Source of the DNA: Anthoceros angustus
Taxonomy: Eukaryota; Plantae; Anthocerotophyta
Direction: 5' to 3'
NCBI GenBank assembly: GCA_010909165.1
Contig: MU008211.1
Location: 248,001-312,000 of the forward strand
DNA: 64,000 nt
In this document: one piece after another, positions 36,901 to 49,459 of the stretch
Layout of the letters: each line of letters starts with the position of its first letter
Position numbering within the stretch: position 1 is the first letter of the stretch
Made by a program: the position numbers and the translations under genes
Notes under the pieces: model-generated
Told to the model about the DNA's origin: nothing
Databases searched by the model: none
The model's input: the letters and a program-made list of their open reading frames with translations, nothing else

Positions 36901-39900
36901 AAAGTAAGATCTTTAATCTGTGATCTTTGTGACAAGAATATGGGAAGCACGTCCTTGGCATTATCCCCACCATCAGCAGATGTGGAGCACAAGGTTTAGC
37001 TCCCACTAAAGCCAAGACGTTCCATTCAACAAAAGTAACACCTGCATGGCTCACACCAACTTGGACACAAAGATGCCATACAGTCTGTAACTTAGCATAT
37101 CCTCTGTGTATCCTATCATCAGCTGTGGTAGCCTTATCTAAGACCATCCTTATTGGTTCTTGAGAATAAAAGGATGTACTGTGCAACCGGCGATCAAATC
37201 TTAAAGAGAAGGCTGCAGGTCTGTAAAAGATAAGGTGTTTACAAGTCCAACAATTAATATGTGAGGCAATCTGTCGCGGGTGTGTGAAGCTGTAGGAAAC
37301 TTTTAGTAACACCCCAACAAATAAGGCGTCAAAAAATGAGCCTTATGGACATAAAGAAGATAAACTCTTGCAAGGACATCATCGATATGATCTCTTGCTC
37401 ATTATCCTCATTGTAAAGTGGGGTGGAGCAGCGTTCTTATGTATCTGTCTCCAAATGCCTTCATTTGCACAGCAGGTCTAAAGTGTCGTTGAATGTGACT
37501 GCCCACCGCTGTCAAGTGAAGCATTCTTAAGGATTTTCTTGTCTACCTTTCTGCCAGCTTCAGGTAAGCTTTAAAATTATAAGAAAGGTCTCCATTCTAG
37601 TTCTTCAACTGTGAGATGTGACAAAATAACTTCTGTCATCTGTGCTCATCAGGAAATATCCGGAACATAAACCACCACCTCGTGGCTTTCCACAAAAATT
37701 GATGGGTAACAGTTCAAGTACTTCAACCACTGGTCGTGAAGACTTGAGTCTTGAACATGGCTTGGTGTCTCATGATAGACAGCTGACAAGCATCATTAGC
37801 ATCCAAGAGCAATATTGCAGGAAAGGTTGTTAGGACCCACAGGCAAGGACTCCTCTATGGTCAAAAAGATTCTAACAGAGGGCACTCTGTTACTATAGCT
37901 GACAGACCATGACACGGAATGTCCTCATAAAATGCTGGAATGAGGTAAAGTGTCATATCAGGTATGTAACCTAATTCCTTGAGAAGGTGTGTGACTTCAT
38001 ATGTTACTGTCAAGCTCACTGTACCCATGCCCTACAAAATAAGAGACCTTATGTCTCCTAAGTGAATTTCATGCCCTTGACTGACAGGTACATGTCACAA
38101 AAAGGCTAAGAGACCTTGCGCCTCTTAGGCTGTAATACATGTTCTCAAGTGACCTGTATGTCACAATTGAGCTAAGAGATCTTGCGTCCCCTAGGCAGTA
38201 ATACAAGTCCTTAATTGACTTGTATGTGAGAAATGTCTTCCAATCCAAAGCAGTCTGACGATGGCTAACATGAAAAACACCACACTGCATGTGGTTTAAC
38301 TTATGCTTTGGTGGACAGACATGTAGGTAGCAGAGGAAGATGAGACGCGCTGAGCCTGGTTAGTACACAGTTAGCCCAACTCTTCTTGACTACCACGTGA
38401 GAGAGATCAACAAAGGTGCTCTCATTGCGAGAATCAGATTATTGCTTCTTTCTTCAATCATGTTCCAAGAGTGCGGGTATTTACCACAAATGTAAACACC
38501 TAACTCGGAGTATGTTTATACGCTGTTGTATAAATTTCTCCTTCTTATACTACTGTATAAACTTCTCCTGTAGAAAAGACCTCCCTGAGAGCATCCTTCT
38601 AGGAGGTAATATGGTAGTTCAGCCTTGCGCCTTCACCATTAGAGAAGTGTCAAATCCGTTTGACACCTGTAGGAAAGACCTCCCTGAGAGCATCCTTCCG
38701 GAAAGTAATATGGTAATTCGGCCTTGCGCCTTCACCATTAGAGAAGTGCCAAACCCTGATGTTTGACAGAACGTCTGTGTAGGTACCTACTTATGTCGAC
38801 TTTCGGCAGGACTTCCACTAGATCGCCAATCCCCGCAATTAGTAGATCTGCTAGCATTGTGTCTTGGCCTTGAGCAAATGTGTTAGATGTAAAATATGTA
38901 ACCAACTTGCTGGTGGAGAATGAGCGATTATCGAGAACTGTGCAGCCATGTGCATTGGTGTCTCCATACAAATTCTCACAACACCAATGGTAAAAGTTAG
39001 TTAAGAGGTTAGAAGACCTATGTCGATCGTCACCGTATGGTTTCCTAAAACACTCTTGTATCTAACATTTGATGCTCCAAACGCATTATCATTGTGCTAG
39101 CGTAATCACTCTACTTCTTGTTATAGAGATTTCTCATTGATACCATGTTGTTTTTGGAGTCAGAGTCTCCAATCTTGTCCTGATGGACTTAGCCCCACCT
39201 GTACTAAAACATGACAGATGGTCTACTATTACCGAGAAAGTACATAGCTTCTTCGTGATTGATACATGTATTTTTCTTCTGGAAAAATAGAGAAGACAAA
39301 ACCTGCTGTAGTGTTGATGATGCAAAGATTCTTAGTCTTAATAAGACTCCTTTCATCCGAGATCAACTGTGTTTTGCTCTTGAATTCATTGCCGCGTGAG
39401 AAAGGTCTCGCCCATTATGAAGGGATCTCTTTTTATCAGCTGCAAATGAACGAACTACCTGAAGATATAAGACTGAAGCAATCTTCCTAAAAGTCAGCTT
39501 CTTGCTTGTCTTGATCTGTTAAGTCAGGTTGTTCCTCCTCTGCAGCCATGCTGCAGGCTTAACAATTATTATGTCAGAATTGACTAGTGGATCAGCACCC
39601 ACCAAAAGGGAGCATCCACATAGCAAGGTCCAGCGAACTTGTCCCTGAGACGTATCTGCTTGCTTTCCAATTTATTATGTATTTAGCAGGAGAAACACAA
39701 ATTTGGCATGTCAAAATTGTGATTTCTGGGAGTCCAGCGCACTTGTATCTGCACTGTAATGTGCTGAAGTGAATCCTTCAAGAATGCGGACTCCAGCAGC
39801 GCCAACAAATTGCAATCCATATGCACAATTTTCCCCTGACTATTTGTACTCACTCTGAGCACGTTTCTATTCAGATCATTGAATTCATGTAAAGAATCCA

Positions 39901-40620
39901 TGTATGTTTCTCCAATCTTTTTAGTTAGCATGCTCAAAGAGCCATACTTGACTGATTGTATTTTGATGAAACCTCTAGGGTTTTTATTGCAATCGAATGT
40001 GTGTCTGACCCGAATTTCTGGCAAGCCTTCAGAGTTTTCAGGAGCGAATGCAACAATCTGATGTTTCTCATTAAGATGCATAAATCAGAATTGCATTTTT
40101 AATTTCCCTGAGATTATCTATTTGCATTCTTTGTTCCTGAAAACCATATAACATTACATATGCTCTAGGCCGAAGATGCCTTGCCTTGGGCAGCAGCTCA
40201 ATTCTTCTCCTAGACATAATGTCAGCAAAACCCAGGCTGCCATTTTGGCCAATCATCATGGCCTACAGAATTGACCATCTTACATGGCCTGAATTGTAGA
40301 TATAGAAATGCACTAAATTTGCAGCTTCTATTATTTTTCTAAGAACTTGTGATGTAGGAATGCACTAAATTTGCAACTTCTATTATTTTTCTAAGAACTT
40401 GTGATGTAGGAATGCACTTAATTTGCATCTTCTAGTATTTTTCTATAAAAACTAGAATTCTACAACTCTAAAGTTCAGGTCTTGATTATGTTTTGGTTTC
40501 TTGAAAATAAACTTCTTTTCTGTTCAAGAAAATACAAAACTTATGTGCTCGTGCATCTTTTCAATGCGGCCACGATGTGCATTCTCATGAATGCGATCTA
40601 CATCAAGATGCTCGATACCA

Positions 40621-40894
40621 TAACAAAATATAGGGCTAATGTAAATCAATTATACCATTTGTATAGATTACATCTTAGATAATCAAGAAAAAGAGAGTAA
40701 CTTGCTTATGTGAAAAGACAACTTAAACTAACTTTACGAACGGGTGTGGCTATTCACTAATAGTCCTAACCCTAGCCAAACATTATGTCTATTCGCTACA
40801 TGTATATATGTATACATTTCATTTAATCATGGATAAGGCTAAACCCTAAACCCTTTACTCTAGGTGTGTATATGGTCAACACTCTATTTCATCA
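40621..40894 (-). repeat. 5' LTR of Copia D (274 bp)
   Basis: Matches the split 3' LTR with about five substitutions and no indels by eye. Confidence 0.92.
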
Positions 40895-42869
40895 CTGATT
40901 TGACAATGTAAGTCTACGAATTGAGACTAAGTTCTTTGACATTTGTGGAACATAGTAGACATCCTCTAATTTCATAATTCTGCCTCCCTCACAGGACAAA
41001 AGCACAATGCCTCTTCCTTGTACTTGCAAGCCACTATCATCACCCAGCAACACAAAATTGCCTGATCCACAAGGGTGATAAGAAGAGAAGAGGGATCTTG
41101 TATGGCAAATATGGGCTGAAGCTCCACTATCAATGTACCGACTGAAGGTGTCATTCTTTGAAGTAACGAGGTATACGGCTAAGAGAACTTGTGATTTTTG
41201 CTGTGCAATATTAGCTGAAGGTGGCAGTCCTCTCCTGGGCTCTCCAGCTCTTTTCTTGTGACACTCCTTTTCGTAATGGCCTTCTAATTGGCACCAATGG
41301 CAGGCTCCTTTCCTCCTTGGTGCAGAAGATGAGGGAGATAGTCTTGTGTTGTAAGAAGGACGGCCTCATCCACGTCCCCGTCCTCTCCCTCTGCCACGAA
41401 CCACAAAGAGTGCTCGACCTTGGGCTGCAGCACTTGATGTGCCAGCCAGGCTGCGTGTGGCTTCTTCCTCTATGAGAGCCCCAATTACTTCTGATGTGGT
41501 GAAATCCGAACCTTGCCCCTTCTTGGCTGCAAGTTGTGCTTGTTTTATGACTCCATTATGTGTCATCTTGAAGGTACGATAACTGTCGGGAAGAGAACTC
41601 AGCAAAGCTATGGCTGCTTGAGCCTCAGTAAATGTCGTCCCACAAGATGACAGTCGAGCCCGTGCTGCCCTAAACTTCTTAATGTGTTCGGAAACAACTT
41701 CATTTTCACCCATCTGCATTTGGTAAAATGCCTTTGTTGCGCAGCTCCTGTCACATGTGCGCAGTAGTCCTATCTAATCCAGATAAGATCACATTTCGTG
41801 CTTTCCTATTAGTCTTCTCCCAAGCTGCCAAATCTGTTGCTAATGCTGGATTTATCCCTGTTGTCACAGGTTTGGGATAGCTGCCATCAGTGATTGCCCC
41901 GAGGTCGTTGTCTTCAAGGATGGATCGCATCCGCATGGACCAAATGTCGTAATCAGACCCTGAAAATCTGTCTCTTTCTTGGAAGTCAATCTTAATTGTG
42001 TTATTGATGGTAGTGGATCCAGCCATATTGTAAGGTGGTGTGGTTTTTCTTATGTTTTACAGGCTTTTAATGTCTTTTAGAGGAAACCACATCCAACACG
42101 GTCCAGTGCCCCTACCTAGTCTGAATCTAAACCAGAGATGCTACTTGCTACAGCAAAGTTGGCTAGTGCATCCTCTACACATTGTATATTGGGTAAGCAA
42201 TCATCTGAGGTGTGTTTGTCTTTCCTTTCTATGGGTAAGGTATAGGGATTGCTTGTGTTAGCTCTAGTGAGGTGGTTAATTTTTTGTTCTAATCTAAACA
42301 ATGATTTATGTAGGTTACAGATTTCAGCTTGTTTCCTAGTGATCAATTTCACTATATTTGAGGAGGCTAGTTTATGACACTTCTCAAAGTGCTGTAAGAA
42401 AGTGAATGTTTGGAATTGTTGGATTTCTAGATCTTCTAATTGGGTTTCTATCTCCTGTAGAGAATGATTGGAGAAATGTCTATGTGATGCCGTGGGGTCT
42501 CGTACATCCGTGACTGCATAAGCGCCTCTCACGAGGCTGTGTCCTAGCAACCTGGCTCGAGATAAAGGCTGGGGAAGAATTTAGTAGATCCCCTGAATTC
42601 CTTCTACCGTGCCTAGCCATGCTGCTAGCATTTGCCTTGTAAGATATGCATATTAGTTAAAGATCAACAGGGCTCTGATACCATGACAAAGCTAGGTCTA
42701 TGTTACGGACGACTCAGTTATATATCAATACTGATCTTACACCATTGCAATGGAAGATTAAGAAGGAGAAGTTACCTGCTTTCAGAGCTGCTCGTGCTGC
42801 AAGTCAACGGCTTTCTTTCATGGGGATGAATTTGTGGTGTTTAGCCCTCGTTCATGCATTTCATTAACA
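40895..42869 (-). mobile_element. Ty1/Copia element C, 5' part (LTR, PBS, upstream ORF, gag, protease)
   Basis: PBS gctctgatacca 42672-42683; LTR from 42684 (far end ~42869 uncertain); gag ERDRFSGSDYDIWSMRM and LLSSLPDSY; protease RYIDSGASAHIC (~41110-41145). Confidence 0.88.
42116..42550 (-). CDS. Coiled-coil ORF upstream of Copia C gag, unknown function
   Basis: 144-aa frame with LQEIETQLEDLEI and ITRKQAEICNLHKSLFRLEQKINHL. Confidence 0.45.
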   Translation of the reverse strand: MLGHSLVRGAYAVTDVRDPTASHRHFSNHSLQEIETQLEDLEIQQFQTFTFLQHFEKCHKLASSNIVKLITRKQAEICNLHKSLFRLEQKINHLTRANTSNPYTLPIERKDKHTSDDCLPNIQCVEDALANFAVASSISGLDSD

Positions 42870-43571
42870 TTATTGATTGATTGAAGATTATTTGTCTTGT
42901 TTGAATTTTACCTTTGCATTCGTCTAGACCATTTTACCGCAATCTATGCATATGCGGAAGCGTGGAGAATTGAACAAAAGCATCGAAAACTGAAGAAGGA
43001 ACAATGTACAAGTAGAACAAAGTAAGTAGTTATAAAAACTGAATCTAAGATGTCTATTCAAATCACAGTGATCTAAATAATATATAAGTATTATTCAAAC
43101 GTGCCCTAATCAGGGCTCTAATAGCCATAACCTCAACAGTAGTGAGCACGATCACACCACCCTGAAGAAGAGTGGAGACGGTTTTGTTTTTTATCGCGTG
43201 CCTCCTGGCTTAGGCTAAATGGGTACTGTTACGCATCCTGCGCTTACATCGGTACTTAGATGGGGGTCCAAGTTTGGTCCATGGTACCATGTCCCACCAC
43301 GAAAATTCCGTCCAAGTGGAATTTTTCTTTCCTAGAATTCTTCATTCCCAAAGTTGGTCTGGAAAAAGCGAGATTCATTCGATTCCGATCATGTCTCTTA
43401 TGATGAGAGGTGGATCGGTAAATCAGTATTAGCCATTCATATCCATAGTCTCAGATTGGGAGCGGATGGAGTTAATCAAGCACAATCACCTGCAAGGAAA
43501 AAAGCAATATCCTCGGGGCTCGAGTGTGTAGCTACGTACAAAGTCGAGCACTCGCTGGTCCTTCACTGTTC

Positions 43572-45881
43572 TCACGGTCGACCCTTGCAACTGCAACACC
43601 CATTTGCGAATCGATGCACACGGTACCCATCCCTTACAACAATGTCTCTCTGTTCAAGCCTCGACATGATCTCCGTGGAACTGTGGCAGTCACTGCACAT
43701 GCGTAGATTCTTCGTTACCACCAGAGGTGTCCCACTCGGAGTGTTCAACAGACCAAACGCCAGAGCTAGCTTCTCAGCATGCCCACAAAGCACATCTTCC
43801 TTTTCCTTCTCAGACAGTGGCTTCAGCACCAACTTTGTGTGAGGTACGTGGCCTCCTTCCTGCTTCACACGTGCATTCGTGCTCTCTACCTTAAGCGCAA
43901 TATCCTCTCTCCTTTCTCCCACCAGAAATCTGTGTACCTGCTTATTCACCTCAATGGTCGCCACAGCAGGTTTCTTGTTAGCTCCTGCTGCCCTTCTACG
44001 TGTTTCAATCCTGTCTACATCGGTCCACCTTCCTGCATCTGCGTAGGCACTGGCCATGAGCACATATGCGGGAGCATCCTGCGGGTCCAGCCTAACAATG
44101 CTTTCAAAACACCACATCGCTCTCTCCAAATCCCCGTGAGTTTTGCAAGCATTCAACAAACACCTCAAGCCCACAACATTATTTTGGCCCTCACATGAAA
44201 GTAGCATCTTCTCTGCCTCATCTAGATGGCCAGCACGCCCAAGAAGATCAATCATGCAGGTGTAATGCTCAATAGTAGGTTTGATGCCATGCTCTTCAGC
44301 CATGGAATCAAAGTGCCTGCGACCCTCCTGTACAAGTCCCTCATGACTGCATGCTACTAAAAGGCAAGTAGAAGTAGCATGGTTTGGCTGAATACCGGCA
44401 ACTAACATCTCCTCAAAACAAGCTAGCGCCTTGTGGCCATCATCACAAGAACCATACCCAGATATCAGGGCATTCCATGTCACCACATCCTTTGTTCATG
44501 CTGTCAAAACCTGGCGTGCATCTTCCAGTTCACCACATTTTGCATACATGTCCACTAGGCAGGTGCCCACTACATTATCCAGCAGTCCTCTTTCCACAAT
44601 CTGAGTGCAGCTGCCTGCCCTTCTGTAAGGCACCAGTGCTTGCACAGGCCTTCAGAAGGCAAGCAAAAGTAACATGGTCAGCCAAAATGAGGCCTCTGCT
44701 CCATTTGTCCATACAGACAAGCGCCTCTTGGCGAGTCCTTGCTGTGCATACCCAGCAATCAGGGCATTCCATGTCACCACATCCTTTGTTCATGCTGTCA
44801 AAACCTGGCGTGCATCTTCCAGTTCACCACATTTTGCATACATGTCCACCAGGCAGTTGCCCACCACGTTATCCAGCAGTCCTCTTTCAACAATCTGTGA
44901 GTGCAGCTGCCTGCCCTTCTGTAAGGCACCAGTGCTTGCACAGGCCTTCAGAAGGCAAGCAAAAGTAACATGGTTAGCCAAAATGAGGCCCTCCTGCTCC
45001 ATTTGTCCATACAACAAGCGCCTCATGTCCAGCCCTTGCTGCATACCCAGCAATCAGGGCATTCCATGTCACCACATTCTTTGTGTTCATGCTGTCAAAA
45101 CCTGGCGTGCATCTTTCAGTTCACCACATTTTGCATACCCAGATATCAGGGCATTCCATGTCACCACATCCTTTGTGGCCATGCTGTCAAAACCTGGCGT
45201 GCATCTTTCAGTTCCACATTTTGCATACATGTCCACCAGGCAGTTGCCAACAAACAAGTTAGTTGGAATGCCACTGTGCAACACATCACAGTGCACTTTT
45301 CTGCCAGATTCCAAGTCAGCAAATGCACAAGCTTGAAGGGCAGCTACAAAGACGTGAGCATCCGCCTTCACTCCTGACCTACGCATCTCATGGTACAGTT
45401 GTATGGCCTCATTAGGTTTCCCATGCTTAGCATGTGCAGATTATGGAAGACCACATGAAGGCATCTGGTTTGCCCACCCTGGTGAACACATCCATGGCCT
45501 CCTCTAGCCTACCTCCACATGCATACATGCGCAAGATATGGTTCCCCAAGTATGCATTCGACTCGTACCCAAGTTTGACAGTGAGATCATGAACTCGTCG
45601 CCCCACAACCAAATCCTTCTTAGCTGTACACAGTTTAGCACAGTGTAAACAGAGACTGAGAATAGCAGAGTCTGTCTGCGCCAGAGATTCCAGGGCTCCA
45701 ACGGCCTCAGAAAGCTTCCCTGCTGACATAACGTGCTCACGGTTCCAGCCGTTACGACGCCCATTTCCGATCCTGCACGCCTGAGGTTCAGGCTTATCCG
45801 GAGCTCGACTTGGAAGGAGAGGCACCATGACCCATCTGCATATCCAACAAGCTGCTCATCAACCCAAGCTGGCTTAAACAT
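43572..45881 (-). CDS. PLS-class PPR protein with E and DYW:KP domain ending in GRP (copy 1); PPR array frameshifted as given
   Basis: P-L-S motifs (VVTWNALISGY, HVTFACLLKAC, GNCLVDMYAKCG); KKPAVATIEV; HAEKLALAFGLL; CSDCH; CCSCKGRP*. Last 304 codons (43572-44486) open; start codon uncertain. Confidence 0.9.
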
Positions 45882-46700
45882 GTTGTTTAACCACAGGACC
45901 TCGCCGGACCCTTACGCCGGAAGTCCGGCGAACGGGAGCTCTTTTCCTCTCGTCTGTTGTCCCACCACATTGCAGGCTCCAGAAAGAATTGTTGCCACAA
46001 GTGCTCCTGCTCCTGGCGACGACCATCCTTGGAAACCTTGTCGCGACCCACAAGTTTTATGGGAGATGGAAGTACTTGGCACCTTACACTGCTGCACCTG
46101 GAGGCTTGGTTATTTGCCAGGGATTGACTTCCTGGGGTGAGGTGAGCGGGAGCTACCCGTAGAATCCCTGGAGACACACCAATTTGTTGGGTCCACGACT
46201 TGTCCGGTTGCCATATTGTGGCCATCGTTCAGGGACAGTTGTCCCAAGATGAGGCTACGTACATAACAACTGACTATGTACGCGGGATGCCCAGGTACAT
46301 ACTGTGCATGATCACACCACCCCTGAAGTGTGATGCACACGCTTTCTTCACTGGGTACCTAGAGACGAAGAAGACTAGGTACCTACAAGGAGAAGGTTTC
46401 TGATTTATGGGTTCGAGGTTTCAGACAGAAACTGATGTGTTAAGGTAGCATGCTCCGTTTACGCTCTAAATTGTATAGGTACGCAGTTTAAGACATATTC
46501 ATTCCAGAAAGAGAGGGAGAGATTATTCGATTTTCATTGTTCCTGTTACGATAAAACGTGGATGAGTATTACCCATCCATGTGCTAATCACGGTGTGGAC
46601 AGGGATAGAGCTAAGCAAGCAAGCACATTTGTCTCCAAGAAGAAAAGCAGTAGTGTTCTCTGGCGTCCACACATGAGCACTGGCTAGTTGTTTTTTGTTC

Positions 46701-48896
46701 TTAGGGTCGTCCCTTACAACTACAACAACCAGCTGCGAATCGATGAACACGGTACCCATCCCTTACAACAATGTCTCTCTGTTCAAGCCTTGACAAGATC
46801 TCCGTGGAACTGTGGCAGTCACTGCACATGCATAGATTCTTCGTTACCACCAGAGGTGTCCCACTCGGAGTGTTCAACAGACCAAACGCCAGAGCTAGCT
46901 TCTCAGCATGCCCGCAAAGCACATCTTCCTTTTCCTTCTCGCACAGTGGCTTCAACACCAACTTTGTGTGAGGTACGTGGCCTCCTTCCTGCTTCAGACG
47001 TGCATTCGTGCTCTGTACCTTTAGCGCAATATCATCTTTTCTATCTCCCACTGCAAATGTATGTACCTGCTTCTTCACCTCAATGGTCGCCACTGCACGT
47101 TTCTTGTTAGCTCCTGCTACCCTTCTCTGTGTTTCAATCCTGTCTACATCGGTCCACCTACTTGCATCGGCGTAGGCATCGGCCATGATCACATATGCGG
47201 ACGGCCGCTGAGGGTCCAGCCCAACACTGCTTTCAAAACACCACATCGCCCTCTCTAAATCCCAGTGACTTTTGCACGCATTCAACAAAGACGTCAAGCC
47301 CACAACATTACTTTGGCTGTCGCATGATAAAAGCATGTTCTCTGCCTCATCTAGATGGCCAGCACGCCCAATCAAAGTGCTTGCGACCCTCAGACGCCAG
47401 TCCCTCATGACTGCATGCAACTAGAAGGCAAGTAAAAGTTGCATCGTTAGGTTGAATACCGGCAACTAGCATCTCCTCAAAACACGCTCGTGCCTTGTGA
47501 CCTTCATCACATACACCGTATCCAGATATCAGATCATTCCATGTCACCACATCCTTTACGGCCAAGCTGTCAAAAACCTGGCGCGCAGCCTCCAGTTCAC
47601 CACATTTTGCATACATGTCCACCAGTCAGTTGCCCAACACTACGTTATCAAGCAATCCCATTTTGACAATCTGTGCGTGCAGCTGCCTGCCCTTCTGTAT
47701 GGCACCAGTGCTCGCACAGGCGTCCAGAAGGCAAGCAAAAGTAACATGGTTAGCTACAATCAGGCCCTCCTCCTCCATATGTCCATACACAACAAGCCTC
47801 TCATGCCCGAGCCCTTGCTGCGCATACGCGGCGATCAGCGCCGTCCATGTCACCACATTCTTGTGGCCATGCTGTCAAAAACTCGGCGTGCATCTTTCAG
47901 TTCACCACATTTTGCATACATGTCCACCAGGCAGGTGCCCACCAGCGTATCATCCAGCAGTACTCTTTCAACAACCTGTGAGTGCAGCTGCCTGCCATCC
48001 TGTAGGGCACCAGTGCTTCCACACGACTTCAGAATGCAAGCAAAAGTAACATGGTCAGCCAAAACGAAGCCCTCTTTCTCCATCTGTCCATACAGAGCAA
48101 GCGCCTCCTGGCCGAGTCCTTGCTGTGCATACCCAGATATCAGGGCATTCCATGTCACCACATCCTTTGTGGTCATGCTGTCAAAAACCTGGCGTGCATC
48201 ATTCAGTTCCCCACATTTTGCATATATGTCCACAAGGCAGTTGCCAACAAACAAGTTGGTAGGAATGCCACTGCCCAACACATCACAGTGCACTTTTTTG
48301 CCAGATTCCAAGTTGGCAGCAAATGCACAAGCTTGGAGTGCAGCTATAAAGACGTGAGCATCCGCCTCCACTCCTGACCTACGCATCTCGTGGTACAGTT
48401 GTACGGCCTCATCAGGTTTCCCTTGTTTAGCATGCGCAGAGATAATGGAGGACCACATGAAAACAACTGGTTTGCCTACCCTCGTGAAACCATTCATGGC
48501 CCCCTCTAGCCTACCTCCACATGCATACATGCGCAAGATACGATTCCCCAAGTATACATTCGACTCGTGCTCAAGTTTGACAGTGAGGTCATGAAGTCGT
48601 CGACCCAAAACCAAATCCTTCTTAGCTGTACACAGTTTCAGCACTGTGTAGAAGAGAGACTAAGAAATGGCAGAGTCTGTCTGTGCCAGACATTCCAAGG
48701 CTCCAACGGCCTCGGAAAGCTTCCCCTGCTGACATAACATGTTCACGGTTCCAGCCGTTACAACGCCCATTTCCGAGCCTTCACGCCTGCCAGGTTCAGG
48801 CTTATCCGGAAAACTTGACTTGGAAGGAGAGGGAGCATGGTCCGTCTGCATATCCAAGGCAACGAGCTGCTCATCAACCCAAGCTGGCTTAAACAT
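46701..48896 (-). CDS. PLS-class PPR protein with E and DYW:KP-type domain ending in GRP (copy 2); frameshifted as given
   Basis: Same architecture; KKRAVATIEV, HAEKLALAFGLL, CSDCH, CCSCKGRP*; 264-aa open PPR stretch 47850-48644. Flanks homologous to copy 1. Confidence 0.9.
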
Positions 48897-49207
48897 GTTG
48901 TTTAACCACAGTCGCCGGACCCCTTACGACGGAAGTCGGGCGACAGGGAGCTCTTCTTGTCGCGTCTGTTGTCCCACCACATGGTGGAATCCAGAAAAAA
49001 TTGTTGCCACAAGTGCTCCTGCTCCTGGCAACGACCATCGCTAGAAAACCCGTCCCCACCCACAAATTTTCCCGACAGTGAAAGTGCTGGGTTCCTTACA
49101 CTGCTGCACCTGGAACCCATTTCCGACTCTTCACGCCTCCCAGGTTTGGAAGGAGAGGCACTATGACCCATCTGCATGTGCAACGAAAACAGCTGCTCAT
49201 CAATGGC

Positions 49208-49370
49208 GATGGCGGGTTAGAGTGATTGCGAGAGGATGTAGGAGAGAGTGATGGTGGGTTGGAGTGATTGCGGGAGGATGTAGGAGGGAGCGATGGCGGG
49301 TTGGACTTATTGCGGGAGGATGTAGGAGGGAGCTATGACAGGTTGGACTGGAGGAGGATGGAATGGAGAC
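49208..49370. repeat. 42-bp tandem repeat x~3.5
   Basis: (gatggcgggttggagtgattgcgggaggatgtaggagggagc) unit upstream of PPR copy 2. Confidence 0.9.
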
Positions 49371-49459
49371 ACTTTAAGTAGAAAGAAAAACGATGGAAAA
49401 AACACCATCTACACTAAAAAAACGGGTCAACCCAACAAAGGTCACCATACCAAGGGGGA

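Larger units (their letters stand above)
28697..40894 (-). mobile_element. Full-length Ty1/Copia element D with two LTRs, PBS, PPT and 5-bp TSD; interior highly decayed
   Basis: TSD CTGAT (28692-28696; 40895-40899); LTRs 40621-40894 and 28697-28869+34495-34600; PBS-like ctcgatacca (40611-40620); PPT ctcccact at 34601; only short, stop-ridden pol-like fragments. Confidence 0.85.

Noticed and set aside
43330-43480. Possible organellar DNA insertion (KKRDSFDSDHVSYDERW frame)
   Set aside because: I cannot match it confidently to any plastid or mitochondrial gene; needs BLASTN against the organelle genomes.
44384-48377. Long plus-strand ORFs over the PPR genes
   Set aside because: Antisense shadows of the PPR repeats with no independent motifs.
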